A stretch of 63,963 bases of DNA, filler included, from Octopus bimaculoides (GCF_001194135.2; 12 parts of 9 records of this genome joined end to end with filler, not necessarily neighbours in it); one strand, 5' to 3'. Counted from the first letter of the whole stretch, positions 26,335 through 40,296 are shown. Translations and numbers: made by a program. Notes: generated by a model not told the origin, from the letters alone.

Positions 26335-26555
26335 ATGGTGTAATAGTTGGAAAGGAATCTCACCGTCATACAGGTGGTATATTTCGTTTTTAATCTTCCA
26401 TAAGGATGTATCCACCCATGGAGAAATATTACCTTGCTTAGAAACAGGTGAGAGTTGGCGACAGAAAGGGCATGCAGCCATAGAGAATGTGCTTCAACGA
26501 ATTCTGTCTGAGCCACGCTAGCATGGATCAGACAGCATTAAATTGTGATGATGTG
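26335..26555 (+). mobile_element. V-domain-like SINE
   Basis: gagagttggcgacagaaagggcatgcagccatagag...gctagcatgg...(gat) tail. Confidence 0.6.
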
Positions 26556-27171
26556 ATAAAGTTTTTAATATTGGTATATATATTATATATATTGTATTAT
26601 ATACCGTCTGAGAATCCGTAAGTCAGGAAAAAAATGTACTCGTATATCTGTTAACAGAGTGGGTATATTAATCGAAGTGTACAGTATTATATATCCATTA
26701 CGGCCGATCTTACTAATCAGTTTCTCACTAGAGTTTCAACGGAGTGCTATGGAACTGTCCAATTATGTAACCCCGCGTTCTTCAGAGGTGCCAGTTATGG
26801 AATGAAAAGTGGCGACTGCTCTCTCTTGTTGGAAGTGAATAAATACATCTGGTTTGTGGTTGTTGGGAAAAGCACAATCCAACCAACAGACCATTTTTCA
26901 CCAACAACCCCGTCCTCAATATATTGTACCCTTACATATATTGAACCCCTACACACACCGCATGCATATACAAATGCCCCTAGAATTCAACTAAAACATA
27001 AAGAAAACACACTAACGAACACAGATGTGTATGCGGCCTTTGGAACCCCGCCCGCAAATAACATTCTATTTCTACAACAGCACCAACCTTAAAGATACAT
27101 GCATTTACCCATTTACCATAAACTCTTTTCCAGAAAATTCTTGACGACTTACAACACCTCAAGAGAAACTA

Positions 27172-27418
27172 TATTGCGTTGGTGCATAATTACTGCGGCT
27201 TTTTTCCAACAAATGTTATTCAACAGAAACAATAACATGTAACAAAATAATCTTTAAATGATTATTCCGGAGCATATTCACCATGTACCTCAATTACTGC
27301 TTCCCATTTGCTTTGCAGAGGCTCAGATCGTCATTTCAAGATATTTTGTTGAATATTATTATTCTTTTTCTTGAAAAAAAATTTGTTGAAAAAAAGCCGC
27401 AATAATTATGCACCAACT

Positions 27419-27423
<5 letters not shown>
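27172..27423. mobile_element. Mariner-derived MITE (about 250 bp)
   Basis: 33-bp TIRs with 2 mismatches (tattgcgttggtgcataattactgcggcttttt / aaaaagccgcaataattatgcaccaactcaata), TA at both ends. Interior encodes LQSKWEAVIEVHGEYAPE* on the minus strand (mariner C-terminus). Confidence 0.9.
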
Positions 27424-27451
<28 letters not shown>

Positions 27452-27643
27452 NNNNNNNNNNNNNNNNNNNNNNNNNNNNNNNNNNNNNNNNNNNNNNNNN
27501 NNNNNNNNNNNNNNNNNNNNNNNNNNNNNNNNNNNNNNNNNNNNNNNNNNNNNNNNNNAAATTACGACAAACGTAAATAAACAAACGAAGTTTGCTTTTA
27601 GAAGCGTTGAGATGTCTTAGAAAGTTAAAGAAGCGATTTTAAA

Positions 27644-27794
27644 TTCTCAATCGCAGAATAATGCTAATATATAGCCCGAACAGGATAAACTACCCCTATT
27701 TTGCAGAGAAAATTGTAGGTGGCTAGCTGTGGACACGAACTCACATCCCCGTGATTACATGTCACGATGCTTTGACCGATTAAGCTAAACTACC
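27644..27794 (-). mobile_element. tRNA-Thr-derived SINE or tRNA pseudogene (copy 1)
   Basis: Minus strand TAGCTTAATCGGTCAAAGC D arm, CGTGA-CATGTAA-TCACG anticodon arm (TGT = Thr), GTGAGTTCG T arm; degenerate acceptor stem. The 3' flank is homologous to 42810-42885. Confidence 0.7.
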
Positions 27795-27895
27795 CATGTT
27801 TGTATGTATGCATGCATGCATGCATGTATGTATAATATTAGTCATCATGTTGTACCGCTTCCTGTTTCGTTCTCTTTCTATTTTCCCTCTCAACC

Positions 27896-27932
27896 TTTTC
27901 TGTTGAAGAGCATAGGCTAGAAACGTCAAAGA
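27896..27932 (+). ncRNA. Degenerate minimal hammerhead motif (variant core)
   Basis: TTTT-CTGTTGA-A-GAGC(atag)GCTA-GAAA-CGT-C-AAAG. A6-to-U core variant, stem II closing pair mismatched, ACGT palindrome and GUC site kept. Confidence 0.5.
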
Positions 27933-28360
27933 CGTTTCCATTCTTTCCGAGCGTCAAACTCCATACATCTGCTTGTTGTTCTCCTTACCTGTCTTCATCT
28001 TTTGTTTTCTGTGAATTTGAACTATACATATGCGCGTATGTGTGTGTGTGTGTATGTGTGCGTTGGATAATTAGGATCATAAGCGATTGTTGATTAACAA
28101 ATCAGCAGGGAATAATTGTCATTTCGACAACCGAGTTACATTCTAGTAACTAAACACCCCATACACCTTACAACAAGCAGGCAACTTCTGAACACAATTA
28201 CAATACTACCAAGTATCTTAAACACTCTCTGTGGGTGAGGTGGTGATGGGATTGTATTATTTTTTTTTGTTTATGTTTTTTTCTTTAGTGTTATGAAATG
28301 GTTGTTTCGTTTATGTTTGTTTTGTTCATTTTATTTATGCTCTTCATCTCGTTTTACTAT

Positions 28361-28397
<37 letters not shown>

Positions 28398-28443
28398 GCT
28401 AATAGTTTCCTCTATTTTACAACCACCTTCCTCACGATATGCC

Positions 28444-28490
<47 letters not shown>

Positions 28491-29330
28491 NNNNNNNNNN
28501 NNNNNNNNNNNNNNNNNNNNNNNNNNNNNNNNNNNNNNNNNNNNNNNNNNNNNNNNNNNNNNNNNNNNNNNNNNNNNNNNNNNNNNNNNNNNNNNNNNNN
28601 NNNNNNNNNNNNNNNNNNNNNNNNNNNNNNNNNNNNNNNNNNNNNNNNNNNNNNNNNNNNNNNNNNNNNNNNNNNNNNNNNNNNNNNNNNNNNNNNNNNN
28701 NNNNNNNNNNNNNNNNNNNNNNNNNNNNNNNNNNNNNNNNNNNNNNNNNNNNNNNNNNNNNNNNNNNNNNNNNNNNNNNNNNNNNNNNNNNNNNNNNNNN
28801 NNNNNNNNNNNNNNNNNNNNNNNNNNNNNNNNNNNNNNNNNNNNNNNNNNNNNNNNNNNNNNNNNNNNNNNNNNNNNNNNNNNNNNNNNNNNNNNNNNNN
28901 NNNNNNNNNNNNNNNNNNNNNNNNNNNNNNNNNNNNNNNNNNNNNNNNNNNNNNNNNNNNNNNNNNNNNNNNNNNNNNNNNNNNNNNNNNNNNNNNNNNN
29001 NNNNNNNNNNNNNNNNNNNNNNNNNNNNNNNNNNNNNNNNNNNNNNNNNNNNNNNNNNNNNNNNNNNNNNNNNNNNNNNNNNNNNNNNNNNNNNNNNNNN
29101 NNNNNNNNNNNNNNNNNNNNNNNNNNNNNNNNNNNNNNNNNNNNNNNNNNNNNNNNNNNNNNNNNNNNNNNNNNNNNNNNNNNNNNNNNNNNNNNNNNNN
29201 NNNNNNNNNNNNNNNNNNNNNNNNNNNNNNNNNNNNNNNNNNNNNNNNNNNNNNNNNNNNNNNNNNNNNNNNNNNNNNNNNNNNNNNNNNNNNNNNNNNN
29301 NNNNNNNNNNTTCCTCTCTTTACACTGTAT

Positions 29331-29740
29331 GGATGGTGGGAATTGAAGTTAAGGTATCGTCCAGTGAAGGTTGGCTTGCGATATACGGATGTCCTGAATC
29401 CATACTCGGTGCGTGTTATTAATACGTCCAGGAATGCCAGCTGATTGTTCTGTTCCTTTTCCATGGTGAACTGTATGGATGGATTTATTGAGTTCACATG
29501 ATCTAACAGCATTTGGACATCTTGCTGGTGGGGCCAGAGAATAAAGGTGTCATCAACGTATCGCAGTCATAGGGTTGGTTTTAGCGGTGTTGATCCTAAA
29601 GCCAAATTCTCGAAGTATTCCATGTATATATTGGCTATTATCGGTGATAAAGGCGAACCCATAGCTAAACCATCTTCTTATCAGTGTCCATACTGAAGTA
29701 GGTAGTTTCTACACAGAAAGTCAACATTCGCCTCACCTTT
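29331..29740 (-). pseudogene. Penelope-like element reverse transcriptase remnant
   Basis: [22 protein letters not shown]...RYVDDTFILWPH...NSINPSIQFTMEKEQNNQLAFLDVLI...VYRKPTFTGRYLNFNSHHP; YVDD at 29549-29560. Confidence 0.92.
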
Positions 29741-29924
29741 CTTCAGAATCTCTTCATTGTCGTGTCTTAGACATCATCATAATCGTCGTCTTAGTCATCA
29801 TCATCATCATCATTACCATCACCATTATCATTTTCTTGTACCCTTCATCCTCCTCAGCCTCTTCCCCTTTAGCCCATGCGACTACTGTTGGTGTTACTAC
29901 TACAACTAGTAGAAATGTTTATGA

Positions 29925-30096
29925 TGGTTTTAAATTTTGGCATAAGGCCAGCAAGTTCGGGGGAGGGGCTGAGTCGACCCCTTAAAGATGAAAGGCAAAG
30001 TCGACTACGGCGGAATTTGAACTTAGAACGTAGCGACGGTCGAAGTAGTGCTAAGCATTCAGTCCGGTGTGCTAACGATTCTGCTAGCTTGCCGCT

Positions 30097-30100
<4 letters not shown>
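29925..30100 (-). mobile_element. SINE family B
   Basis: gatgaaaggcaaagtcgactacggcggaatttgaacttagaacgtagcgacg...gtgctaacgattctgctagcttgccgc. Confidence 0.85.
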
Positions 30101-30156
<56 letters not shown>

Positions 30157-30160
30157 TGGT

Positions 30161-30223
30161 AGAATATGTGGAGATCGACAAGAAACAATAAATCATATTA
30201 TCTCTGGCTGCCCAGTCCTGGCT
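30161..30223 (+). mobile_element. Second R4/Dong fragment starting in (AAT)n
   Basis: agaatatgtggagatcgacaagaaacaataaatcatattatctctggctgcccagtcctggct is nearly identical to the reverse complement of about 25615-25677; truncated by a gap. Confidence 0.85.
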
Positions 30224-30730
30224 NNNNNNNNNNNNNNNNNNNNNNNNNNNNNNNNNNNNNNNNNNNNTTAATTAATTAANNNNNNNNNNNNNNNNNNNNN
30301 NNNNNNNNNNNNNNNNNNNNNNNATATATATATATATATATATATACAGACAAGCAAAGAGCAGTCTATATTTGGCTCCATCAAAGAATAATATATATTG
30401 TATGAATGATTAAATGCCTAGACCAAACATGTAAGCTGTCATTGTTTTCTGAAATGCATTAGTGAAGTAACCAACCTTTGAGAGAAAAAGCACACGATCG
30501 ATATTAGATCGTTGATCATGGTTACGTTTTTGATATCAACTGTCCACATACCCCACATCTGTTCAAGTATGCTTATATACTACAAGAACCATTTATGTAT
30601 AAAATCAGTCTTTTCCAAACACACATACGCGTCCGCACGCAAGCTCACACATTCGTATTGGTAGATGTGCAACAAATATAATTATATGAATACACACACA
30701 TACGTATATACTCATACACGGACATATATA

Positions 30731-30867
30731 TCAGTCGCACGGGTTAGCTTTTCCATCTGACTTTTCGGCATGGTCCCTTGCTTCAGACGGCCCCTCTACA
30801 GAGCATCTGTTCCTCCCACCCTCTCTGGAAGGAATTAAAATTTGTTCCTGGTACAGCCCGTTCTCTC
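30731..30867 (-). CDS. Candidate terminal coding exon, unknown protein
   Basis: Acceptor ttttagtaaatgtttcag|G, raised GC, open phase-1 frame ENGLYQEQILIPSREGG...KANPCD*; no recognisable domain. Confidence 0.25.
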
Positions 30868-31229
30868 CTGAAACATTTACTAAAATATGAAGAAATACAT
30901 ATATCGGTGTATATAAATATATAGGTGTATATAAATCTGAGTTCGTGTGCCTGTTTGTTCTTTGCATAAATTTAGTTCTATCCCTCTATCTATCTATCTA
31001 TCTATCTACAAAATGTGTATGTGCATATGCTATATATGTACACGCACGCGTGCACACGCAATTGCACACACATACATACACAGAAATACGCGCGCGCGAA
31101 CCCCGCCCCCCACACACACGCAAGCACACATATCAATGGTCTTTCACAAGCAATAGACCGAGAAATAGAGTAATAAGGCCGGTCCTCCGGAATCTGTGGC
31201 GTAAATATCCACCCCCAACCACTAGTGGA

Positions 31230-31350
31230 TGAGACGCCAGTCCGTCGCAGGAATACTCATTTTTGCCTGCTGGGTGGATTGGAGCAGCCTGAAATGAAGT
31301 TGGTTGCTCAAGAACAGAACGCATCACCCTGTCCAGGAATCAAAACGGCA
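31230..31350 (-). mobile_element. SINE family C fragment
   Basis: actcatttttgcctgctgggtggattggagcagcctgaaatgaagttggttgctcaagaacagaacgc is a diverged version of the 58990-59050 segment. Confidence 0.6.
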
Positions 31351-32149
31351 AACATACAATAATGAGCGAAACACACTAGTATCTAAACTACGCATCTTCA
31401 CAAACATACGTAGATACCTACATAGACCCAGATATATAAACTTGACATATTATCTTGATGTGTGTATATATAATGTAGTACATGTACAGCTGCATTTGTA
31501 CGGCAAAATTATATGACTAGTATTCGCGTGAATTATCTTTGAGAAACCTTTTTAATTGAAATATAGATAACGCTGGAAATTCCATATTGTGCTAGTAGAT
31601 GAATACTCTAGTAACGTTTGAATGTACGTGCGGTTGCCTATAGAAATTTTTGTGCTACATTTAGTATGTCGGCATATCTAAGTGCATTTGTAATGTAATT
31701 TTGAGGACACATGTTAGTGTTGGTACGATGTACGTGTGAGGTTAATCTGTGAATGCATATCAATCCGTATCCATGTTTTTGAGTATAAGCGTGTGTGCGT
31801 TGATACAAGCAAAAATTATTCTCCGTTTTTACATCAGAATTTCTGTTTTTATGAGTGTGTGTGATCATGTGTGAGTGTATGTGTCAGTGTATGTGTCAGT
31901 GTGTGCGTGTGTGTGTTCGCACGCGTATGTGTGTGTGTATGTGTGTGTGTGTATGTACGTACGTATGTGTGTGTGAGCGGGAGAGAGTCTGTGAGTGTGT
32001 GCATGCTTATGAATGCGTGCGCGCGCGTGTGTTTCCATATGTGTAAAAGACGATGTTGTGTTACAATTTTAAAATATTCCCTAGAGAAGAAACGAAACTA
32101 GTTTCCTAATAACGGTTGATAGTTAAATAAATAAAACTAATTTGCAGTT

Positions 32150-33340
32150 ATGTTTTGTGTGCTTTGCCTTTATCAGGGTTTGCTCTCGTATCTTTTCCTT
32201 CTTTGCTTTAAACAAGAAGCCTGCAGCAACACTTCAATGTGTTAGACAGGAGGAGATCATATTTGTTTCTCATATTAGTGGAGAATTGTTTAAGCACTAG
32301 AGATTCAAACCAAACACACTGAACAGGGCAACAATTGTTTTCGATATGTTTGCTGATGATGCAGTTTTTGTAGCAACTTTCTTTGATATTGCCCCATTAT
32401 TTGTGAAACATTTCTCGCATGTTGTTAAAATCTTTCATTTCACGTAAATCTTAAATGAAAATGCTTATTATTCACCGACCCAAGACAACTCCTAAGCATA
32501 AAGGAGTAAAACTCACCAAGCCTGTCCTTAATACTCCAGTAAACCACGTAAAAATTGATAGGAACGATTTAAAATAAGTTCTGTCCTTATTTGAAGAATA
32601 GAATTAATACAAGCGCCACTCATGATAGTGAGTTCTTTAATAGTTCGTCTAAAGCAACCACGCATCCTTTCGTATATTGTTGGACTAAGTTTGGAACGTG
32701 AGATGCCTGATTCTGAAAAGAAAATCTGATGAATGCGTACCTGTAGAACTTGCTACTTTACTCTACGAACCTGATATTTGGACATCCTGCATGTCTCTAT
32801 AGAAGAATTAGACATCTTCCAGATCGTTGCCTGCATAAAACCAATACAGAGAATAAGTGAGTCCGTAATGTTGATGGTTTCAAGGAAAGTAGCATCCCAG
32901 ATATTAAAAGCTTTTCTTATCCAGTTTCACTTTAGATGGATTGATCAAGTAATTCGGACTACGTGAAAAACACCCAGCCCTGGTTTTCTGTTACATCCAA
33001 CTTAATAGATTTGTTTGAGTTATCACTCCTAAGATTCAAAGATCAATTGAGTTCGAATTCATATATTTTTAAATGTATCCATAACATAATTTTAATTGAA
33101 TATGCATAGAATAGTGTAAATTATAGAAGCAAAAACTATGCTATGAACTGTAGTAATTTTGTTTTCATGGCTAGATCGGCATGCTGACAACGTATAGGGA
33201 AAACGAGAATATTAATTCCAGCATGTCACCGTTTTGTTCTGCACCGTTCGCAATGCGATTGTGACAACTGTCCAGTCTAGCAGTGGTATGCTACTGGGCA
33301 GGTCCTGTGCATGTGAATCTTCTTCAACACTTACTATATG
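32150..33340 (-). pseudogene. Very decayed coding-like segment, possibly a hAT transposase C-terminal part
   Basis: Minus frame ISKKVATKTASSANISKTIVALFSVFGLNL loosely resembles the hAT dimerisation motif; ccgtt-type repeats near 33230-33250. Weak evidence. Confidence 0.25.
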
Positions 33341-33344
33341 TGAG

Positions 33345-33483
33345 AGCTCATACTATCTACTGCTGCCGTTAAGTATATTACTGGAATTTCGGCTACTATG
33401 ACTGGACTTGGGATGAATACTGGAATGGTTTTCCGTTGCTTTCTCCTGGCAGATGGCATTTGAACACTGAATGTATAGATCCG

Positions 33484-33530
<47 letters not shown>

Positions 33531-33690
33531 ATAAAGCATTTCTGCCGATGCAGCAACGATTCTACTATACTCACACCGCGACATGAAATGAAGTATTTTT
33601 CTCACAAACAGGACGTACCGCCTGGTCCGGAAATCGACCCTACGATCTAGCGACCGTAAGCGCAATACCATGATTACTAGGCCAAGTGCC
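33345..33690 (-). mobile_element. tRNA-derived SINE with internal (TA)n and an RTE-like 3' segment
   Basis: Head ggcacttggcctagtaatc...gtcgatttcc, then (TA)n, then ggagaaagcaacggaaaaccattccagtattc, resembling the RTE/Bov-A-type ggagaaggcaatggcaacccactccagta motif. Confidence 0.55.
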
Positions 33691-34106
33691 TCTACGACAA
33701 CTCTGCTCTTGATTATAGATCTAAAGCTGGTTTGATGTCTTACAAAGACTTGATACTTTTGTGAGTTGCTGAAGCATTGTGCGTCGAAATTGACAAGCAT
33801 TTCTTATTACACACGCATAAATATATAAAGTATAATAAACACACATAGCATGATAGCAAACTATAATATTTCATTAAAGAACAAGTCTGTGGCAAATAAA
33901 TACGTGTTACTTACACATGAAGTTTAAGCAATAAATATGACAAAGAAAAGTAATATTTCCAATATTTTTGCTCTGATATTCTGCTCGAGTCGACTTAACT
34001 TTTATTAACCAAGAATGGAAACATTAAATAACGATAGCTTAGACTATCACTATACTTACATCATGTGAAGTTGCTAACAAAACTGCACCAAAATCATCTC
34101 TCTCTG

Positions 34107-34170
<64 letters not shown>

Positions 34171-34193
34171 GCTATCTGTCTGTTTGTCTGTCA

Positions 34194-34233
<40 letters not shown>

Positions 34234-34235
34234 GG

Positions 34236-34296
<61 letters not shown>

Positions 34297-37200
34297 GTTC
34301 GATCTATTTATTTTCCGTTGTCTTTCTGTATCTGTCTATCTTTTTCTCTTTCTGTCACTCTCTCACCTTCTATATGTCTCATCTGTCTGCCTCTCCCTCC
34401 CTCTCTCTCTCCCTCCCTCCCTCTCTCTCTCCCTCTCTCTCTCCCTCTATTCCTCCCCCCTCTCTCTCTCTCACCATACGTGTTTGGATAGGCGTGTTTA
34501 TGTATGTAGTTATGTATGTACTCATGTATGTTTTCTAAGACACTGCCATCAGGCTTTCGGCAGAGATCAGACTTAACATAAGGTGTCTGCTACCTGCCTT
34601 CTAAATCTTAAACTTTGCATCAGAGAACTTTAGACTTGAGTGACATAAGAAATTCTGATTAATGTGCTTCTGCAGATATTCATTACAGGTTCCATCCTTT
34701 CCATTATGGCTTTTGTAGTATGGTTTTTTGACTCGTAGCTGCATTGCAACATGTACTGGTGAGATTTTCCTTGATCTCTCTATTGCCAACTATACTGTTT
34801 CCCAAAGTTCAGGTTAATGTCCTATAATCGAAATGACATATATGACCGTCTGACATTTGCTGCTACCCGCCACACACAAAGACATGCACCGTTCTTCGAA
34901 TTCTATTCTTGTATCTAGAATGTCACTACTTGTACGCAGGCAATATTCCAAGACTGCACATTCAAAACAGTTGATTCAACTGTTTGGAAAATACTCTTTT
35001 ACCAACATAACTACAATTGCTGGATAGGAACCCAGGAATCTACGAACCCAATAATAGAACTTATATCATGTCGCAACTACTACAAAAAATAACTGCCAAA
35101 TGACTCTCAATCATACCATCGTTTATAAAGAGCATATTGCAATTGTGGAAAAGTACGTCAGAAAACAGGCAATACTGGAGTCACTAGAACGTCTTCGACC
35201 AGGAGTCTGCTCTATAGGAGTTGACATGTGGCTAAACAATAGCATCAAATTTCTTATAAATCTCTTGTTTCTCTCTTCTGCCTCTCCTATGTGGCATCTG
35301 CTTCTCTGAAATTTCACTGTCTCCACTTTCTCAATGTCTCTATTAAGCCCCAACTATAGATTCCATCCTTAATGATTTGCTAAATTATTTCCACCAAGGT
35401 TCTTTCCCAGCTTACAACATTCAGAAATTAACATTTGAACACTTGCTTATTTTGGGGGCCTGAAAAGTCATAAATTCTGACTCTTGTCTATTGATTTATA
35501 GGTAAACAGAAAAATTCACATTTGTATTTTAGCTTTTTTGGAGCAGGTATGTGCTAAGGCCAATTTAATCAAATATTCCCCGACACTCCAGAAATATTGG
35601 ACTTTTTCTCAGTTTACGAAATGTTACTTAAATTTATATAAAGTAAATTAATAATGTGTTTGTGTGTGTGTAATAATCATTTTGAATAATCAGATACCAA
35701 ATCCTTGGATCTGGACAAGTTAACTGGGAAGAACAATGCGCACTCTAAGCTTTTCCCTCATGAAATTTGAACTCAAAATTACGAAACACTCGTTGGTTAC
35801 GCGATGTTTTCTTTTTTAATGTAATTAGTTATCTTAACCTATGACACTTATTGAAAACTAGATGAATTGGCCTGTGAATTGTTAGGTGCGCTGCTTTAAA
35901 TGCGGTGCTAGGTCAAGGAGAGTATTCGAACTATCGACCCATCAGTTACCACGAACAAAATCCTATTCCCTCGGCTATTAGTCACCAGAACGTATATTAC
36001 TTGATAATTCGCTATAATTGGCCCATTGATTCTTTCAACAAAGACATTCTTGACAAAAGGCTATAGAAATGGCTTCAATCTGAAATTGATTATAGATGCA
36101 GTTCATCAATAGCTGAGCATCATTTGATGACACTGATCTCCTCTTACTTGTCTGTACAAAAACCAAAATAAAGAACTAAATAAATAAACACAGCATGATT
36201 CCTAATTAGATAGGTGTTAAAATCGATGCGATGATACAACAATACTTGAACCCCGGATTAAAAGTGTTACACAGCATCGTTTTTTTTTTTTTTTTGGCTC
36301 AACCTTCTGAAACTATTTCTATCTCTCTGCGCTCCATTAGGTAAATAGTAGTAATAATATATGGTCATTGTGCTCCATTAATATCTCACCCTAAAATTTC
36401 GCTTCTGGTGCGCCTTTATAATCTTAAACCATGCAGAAATAAATGCAATAATCTTCCGTTTCCTGGTTTCTCTATTGATTTTAATCAGTACACTAGGAAT
36501 TCAAGTATTTGCATGTATAATCCTCATTAACAGCTTGCATTTCATATTACTTTGTATATACTTGGCACCCAATGCACAAAGGAGAATTTTAATAAAGTCT
36601 TCGATTTCCTTTTGTTTTTAAAGATTATGTGAGAAAACGCTGGTGGTATGTTTCATGACTGCACTCTAATTCTAACGAGAATGGTCTTACACATTGGCTC
36701 AAGACCAAAGATTTCTAGGTCAGGCGCATATTCATTTTGAATTATGAGTAAAGCTAACTATATTGACTTCAAAACTACGAAAGTCAAATATGCCAAAGTG
36801 GATTTTTAATTCATTTGATACATATATGAAACTAACAGTTGTGAAATTAAAAATCTTGTTCTCTATTAACTTCTCTACCTTTCCATATTATTGCAGGAAA
36901 AAAAATGTTCATATGAGAAAAGGGCTCCAAATTTTATGTAAGAGGTCATAATCATTTCAATCATATCACTTGCATCACATGCCTTTAGCTTACAGAAAGC
37001 GTATATCTATGATTAAGACATTTTACTTTGTAGTAATTTTCCATTTCTAACCCACTGTGTGGGATATAGAATAACCTTGAGATCGATAAAATCTTGTGCG
37101 TAAAGTATGGTGGACTGTCAGGCAGTTTAGCGTCACTTCCTGAACCTTGGATGCATTTAACGGAGACTGTTCTACATTGTCTGATACTTAGTCCATTTTC

Positions 37201-37379
37201 TACATCTTCCTCCATTCTACCACCCCCGTTTAGCAAAAGGAGAATTAGAGCTGAATATAAGTTGGAAAAATAGGCAAGTGAAGCTAATTTTTCCCAGCTG
37301 AAGTTTGAGATGTTTAGAGCAATTTCAATTGAGTTAGTAAATTAATGAAACACGTAAATTTATCGACCTTATTTTTGCA

Positions 37380-37690
37380 GGACATGTGCCCATACCTAAC
37401 AAACAAGCTATACAATAAAAGGAAAGCTCCCATAGTGAAGGGTTCACCAAGGCCTTTCGTAAGCTAGAAGTAGCAATTGAATTTCCCCCCAAATCAGACA
37501 TTGTTCTCTTAAAACATTAAACAAGAAAATGTATTTTAGGGTACACAGTTTTGTAAAAAATAAAAAATTTAAATAAAAAAATAAAAAAATAAAAATACAG
37601 AGTGGTCATGGCATGAATTTCTTTGAACATATGTCTGCCATGAGAGCTGACTTATGACTAGAAAGCAACAACAATATAACAACAATGTAA
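37380..37690 (+). mobile_element. Old SINE-like repeat with (AAC) tail
   Basis: Homologous by eye to the reverse complement of 8080-8260. Confidence 0.45.
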
Positions 37691-38309
37691 CATCTCGGTG
37701 AGTTGAATCAGTGTCCAGATTTTAATTATTGATTATAAGCATCTCGGTACTTGTCGAGTATCAATACACTAAATAATGAATGTCACTATTTCTCATATGT
37801 CGCCGAATGAAATATCACAAACTGTAGGCTTTATATCAGAAAAACGTGTTGGATTTTCTTTACCCATATCTCATCTAATTTTCAGTATTCCGTTTTTATC
37901 CTTCTACTTCTCCTTCTGCTTCTCCTTCTCCTCGTTCTCATCATCATTGTTATTATTTGTTTTTACATAATCTTGAAGACGATATCTAGGACAAAAAAGT
38001 TGGAACAAGTACATTATCAACGTAATTACAGTAATGAATATTGAATACCTTACAATCATTCTGATAATATATATTAATGTTATTATTTACAAAATACCGA
38101 TGGTTTGGGGTTCAGATTTAATGGTCCACATGCAGTATATTACCACTATAATGAGAAATCAATACGAAATCGACTCTGAGTAATTTTGAACGCATAAAAT
38201 TGCAGTGTATTATAAATACCAGTAGAGTAGCCACTTCTGCATATCACTTTAATATATTTTAAATCTGGAAACAAACGTATTCGCGCTCACACCATAATAG
38301 CTACATAGA

Positions 38310-39300
38310 CATCTTATATAAAGATAGAACTATTGAATGTCAGACCTTCAATATGATACAAGAGTGGTCCTTCGCCATTCAGGAATTTGGCAAAAATAAG
38401 ATCCTTGAGGTTGACATCAGTAAAGCATGCATAACTTTAGAATCACTTGTCTAAACAAATCAGGTGTATACCCCACCTCACTCTCATTTCTTGGGTCAGA
38501 AGCTTTCTGCCAGATCGTACCATCGCTGCTTCTGCAAGTGGACCTCACTCTTTCCCATATTCTGTCGACGCATTTCATGTACGTTATCAAATCAAGCGTC
38601 TTTCAAACATCGCTTATATCACTGAAAATATTTTAATTGTGCATTAAAGACTCAGTTCTTATATCGCTAACAAATCTCACTCATGCTTAATAATAAAAAA
38701 GAAATTTTCATTTATTTTGAACAATTTTAACCACGTCGAATATATTTTGTAATATCTCCTTCAACCAAAACCTAATGGGAACATGGTGCACTGTAAAAAT
38801 CAAGAAAACAATCTTGAAACTTTTATTTTGTACTTGACACAAAGCAGTTAGAATCTTCAAATTCATTACAATTTTTATATACATTAACTTCATAGCGGCT
38901 TAGAATCTTATTCTGATAACACTTTAGATTTGTGTCAGAAGTACTGGCCTTTCCCTACAAGGTTAGGCCATGCATGAGCTTCTCTATTGCTGACTGTATA
39001 AAACTCAATAGAAGGACACTTTGAAATACTGCATCAACATATGGCGTCCTCCTGCTTCTATACAGAGAAGCATTCATGATCACATTCAAAAGAAAGCCAA
39101 ATGGCTAATTGACAAAAATTACTTACCAGCTTATAACAATCACTTGACCACAGAACTGCCCTCATCTAGCGTAGTCTTTTCTACTGTACCGTAAAGACTA
39201 CAATCAGCAGGAACTGTCTATTTTAATACCACGACGAATCGAAACCTACCAATGTTCCAATTTCTCTTCCTCTTTTTGTCAGATATACTACCTCATCCAC
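38310..39300 (+). pseudogene. CR1/L2-type LINE RT remnant
   Basis: QEWSFAIQEFGKNKILEVDISKA, SWVRSFLPDRTI...SFPYSVD; downstream YCINIW, HIQKKAKWLI, QSLDHR. Many stops and frameshifts. Confidence 0.7.
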
Positions 39301-39806
39301 TCACATCTCACATAAATAATCACCATATTCGTCACTCCAGCATCAACCTTCTGGAATTTGTTTCGTATCTACGTTTTTCTTGCAGATATTGACGTGATAA
39401 TCTCTAAGCTGTACATTAAATTTTCAATACAACAAATCCCGGAAAATTGAAACATTATACTGAGCTATATACATCAGGCATTTAAAAAGCAAGACAACGA
39501 GATGACTTGTACGCCAAACATTCAAATTGCCTTTACTACTGATGAACACATCTGTTGGCCATTTGACCCCGTCATACCTATTTACAACAATACAGCCGCA
39601 GGCAATATGAATTAAGCATATTGGCTACATAAACTATGTTCAGCTGCACGATGGACATCAAATTATCATCTTTCGATAAGAACCCCACATTCGAGAGATT
39701 TATTCAGCTATTTTCGGAGTAAATTAAAAGTCATATAACACATTTCATCTGTAATATCTCATATCATAATTACAATTGGTGTTTGTATACATGCATACAT
39801 ACATAT

Positions 39807-39873
<67 letters not shown>

Positions 39874-39911
39874 CANNNNNNNNNNATATATATATATATA
39901 TATATATACAT

Positions 39912-39946
<35 letters not shown>

Positions 39947-40296
39947 CATACATACATACATATACAGACTTACAGAGGGAGAGAGAGAGAGAGAGAGAGA
40001 GACACACACACAAACAGACAGATAAATAGATAGAAAGGCATATATTATGTAAAATTAAAATTCGAACCGCATATTTTACCACAGCACTGTGCCACTGCAT
40101 TATCTCCAATATGGTGAAACAGAGCGAATTTAACAATAGAGACATATGTTCTAGAATTATAATAAAAAAAAGTCATTCAGGTGGTACAAATAAAGCATGC
40201 ATAGAAATATAAACAAACGTCATCCTATTAGAATGGATGCCTCGATTGAGTTCTCGTATATCTTAAATGTTGAGCAGATGCAAAAGAACAAACAAT

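Noticed and set aside
26830-27165. Possible PLE RT remnant (KHKENTLTNTDVY)
   Set aside because: Only a vague resemblance to the TDVYxKPT motif; not supportable.
34640-35460. Possible LINE ORF2 C-terminal remnant on the minus strand
   Set aside because: Coding-like composition, but I could not find a convincing motif in any frame; needs BLASTX.
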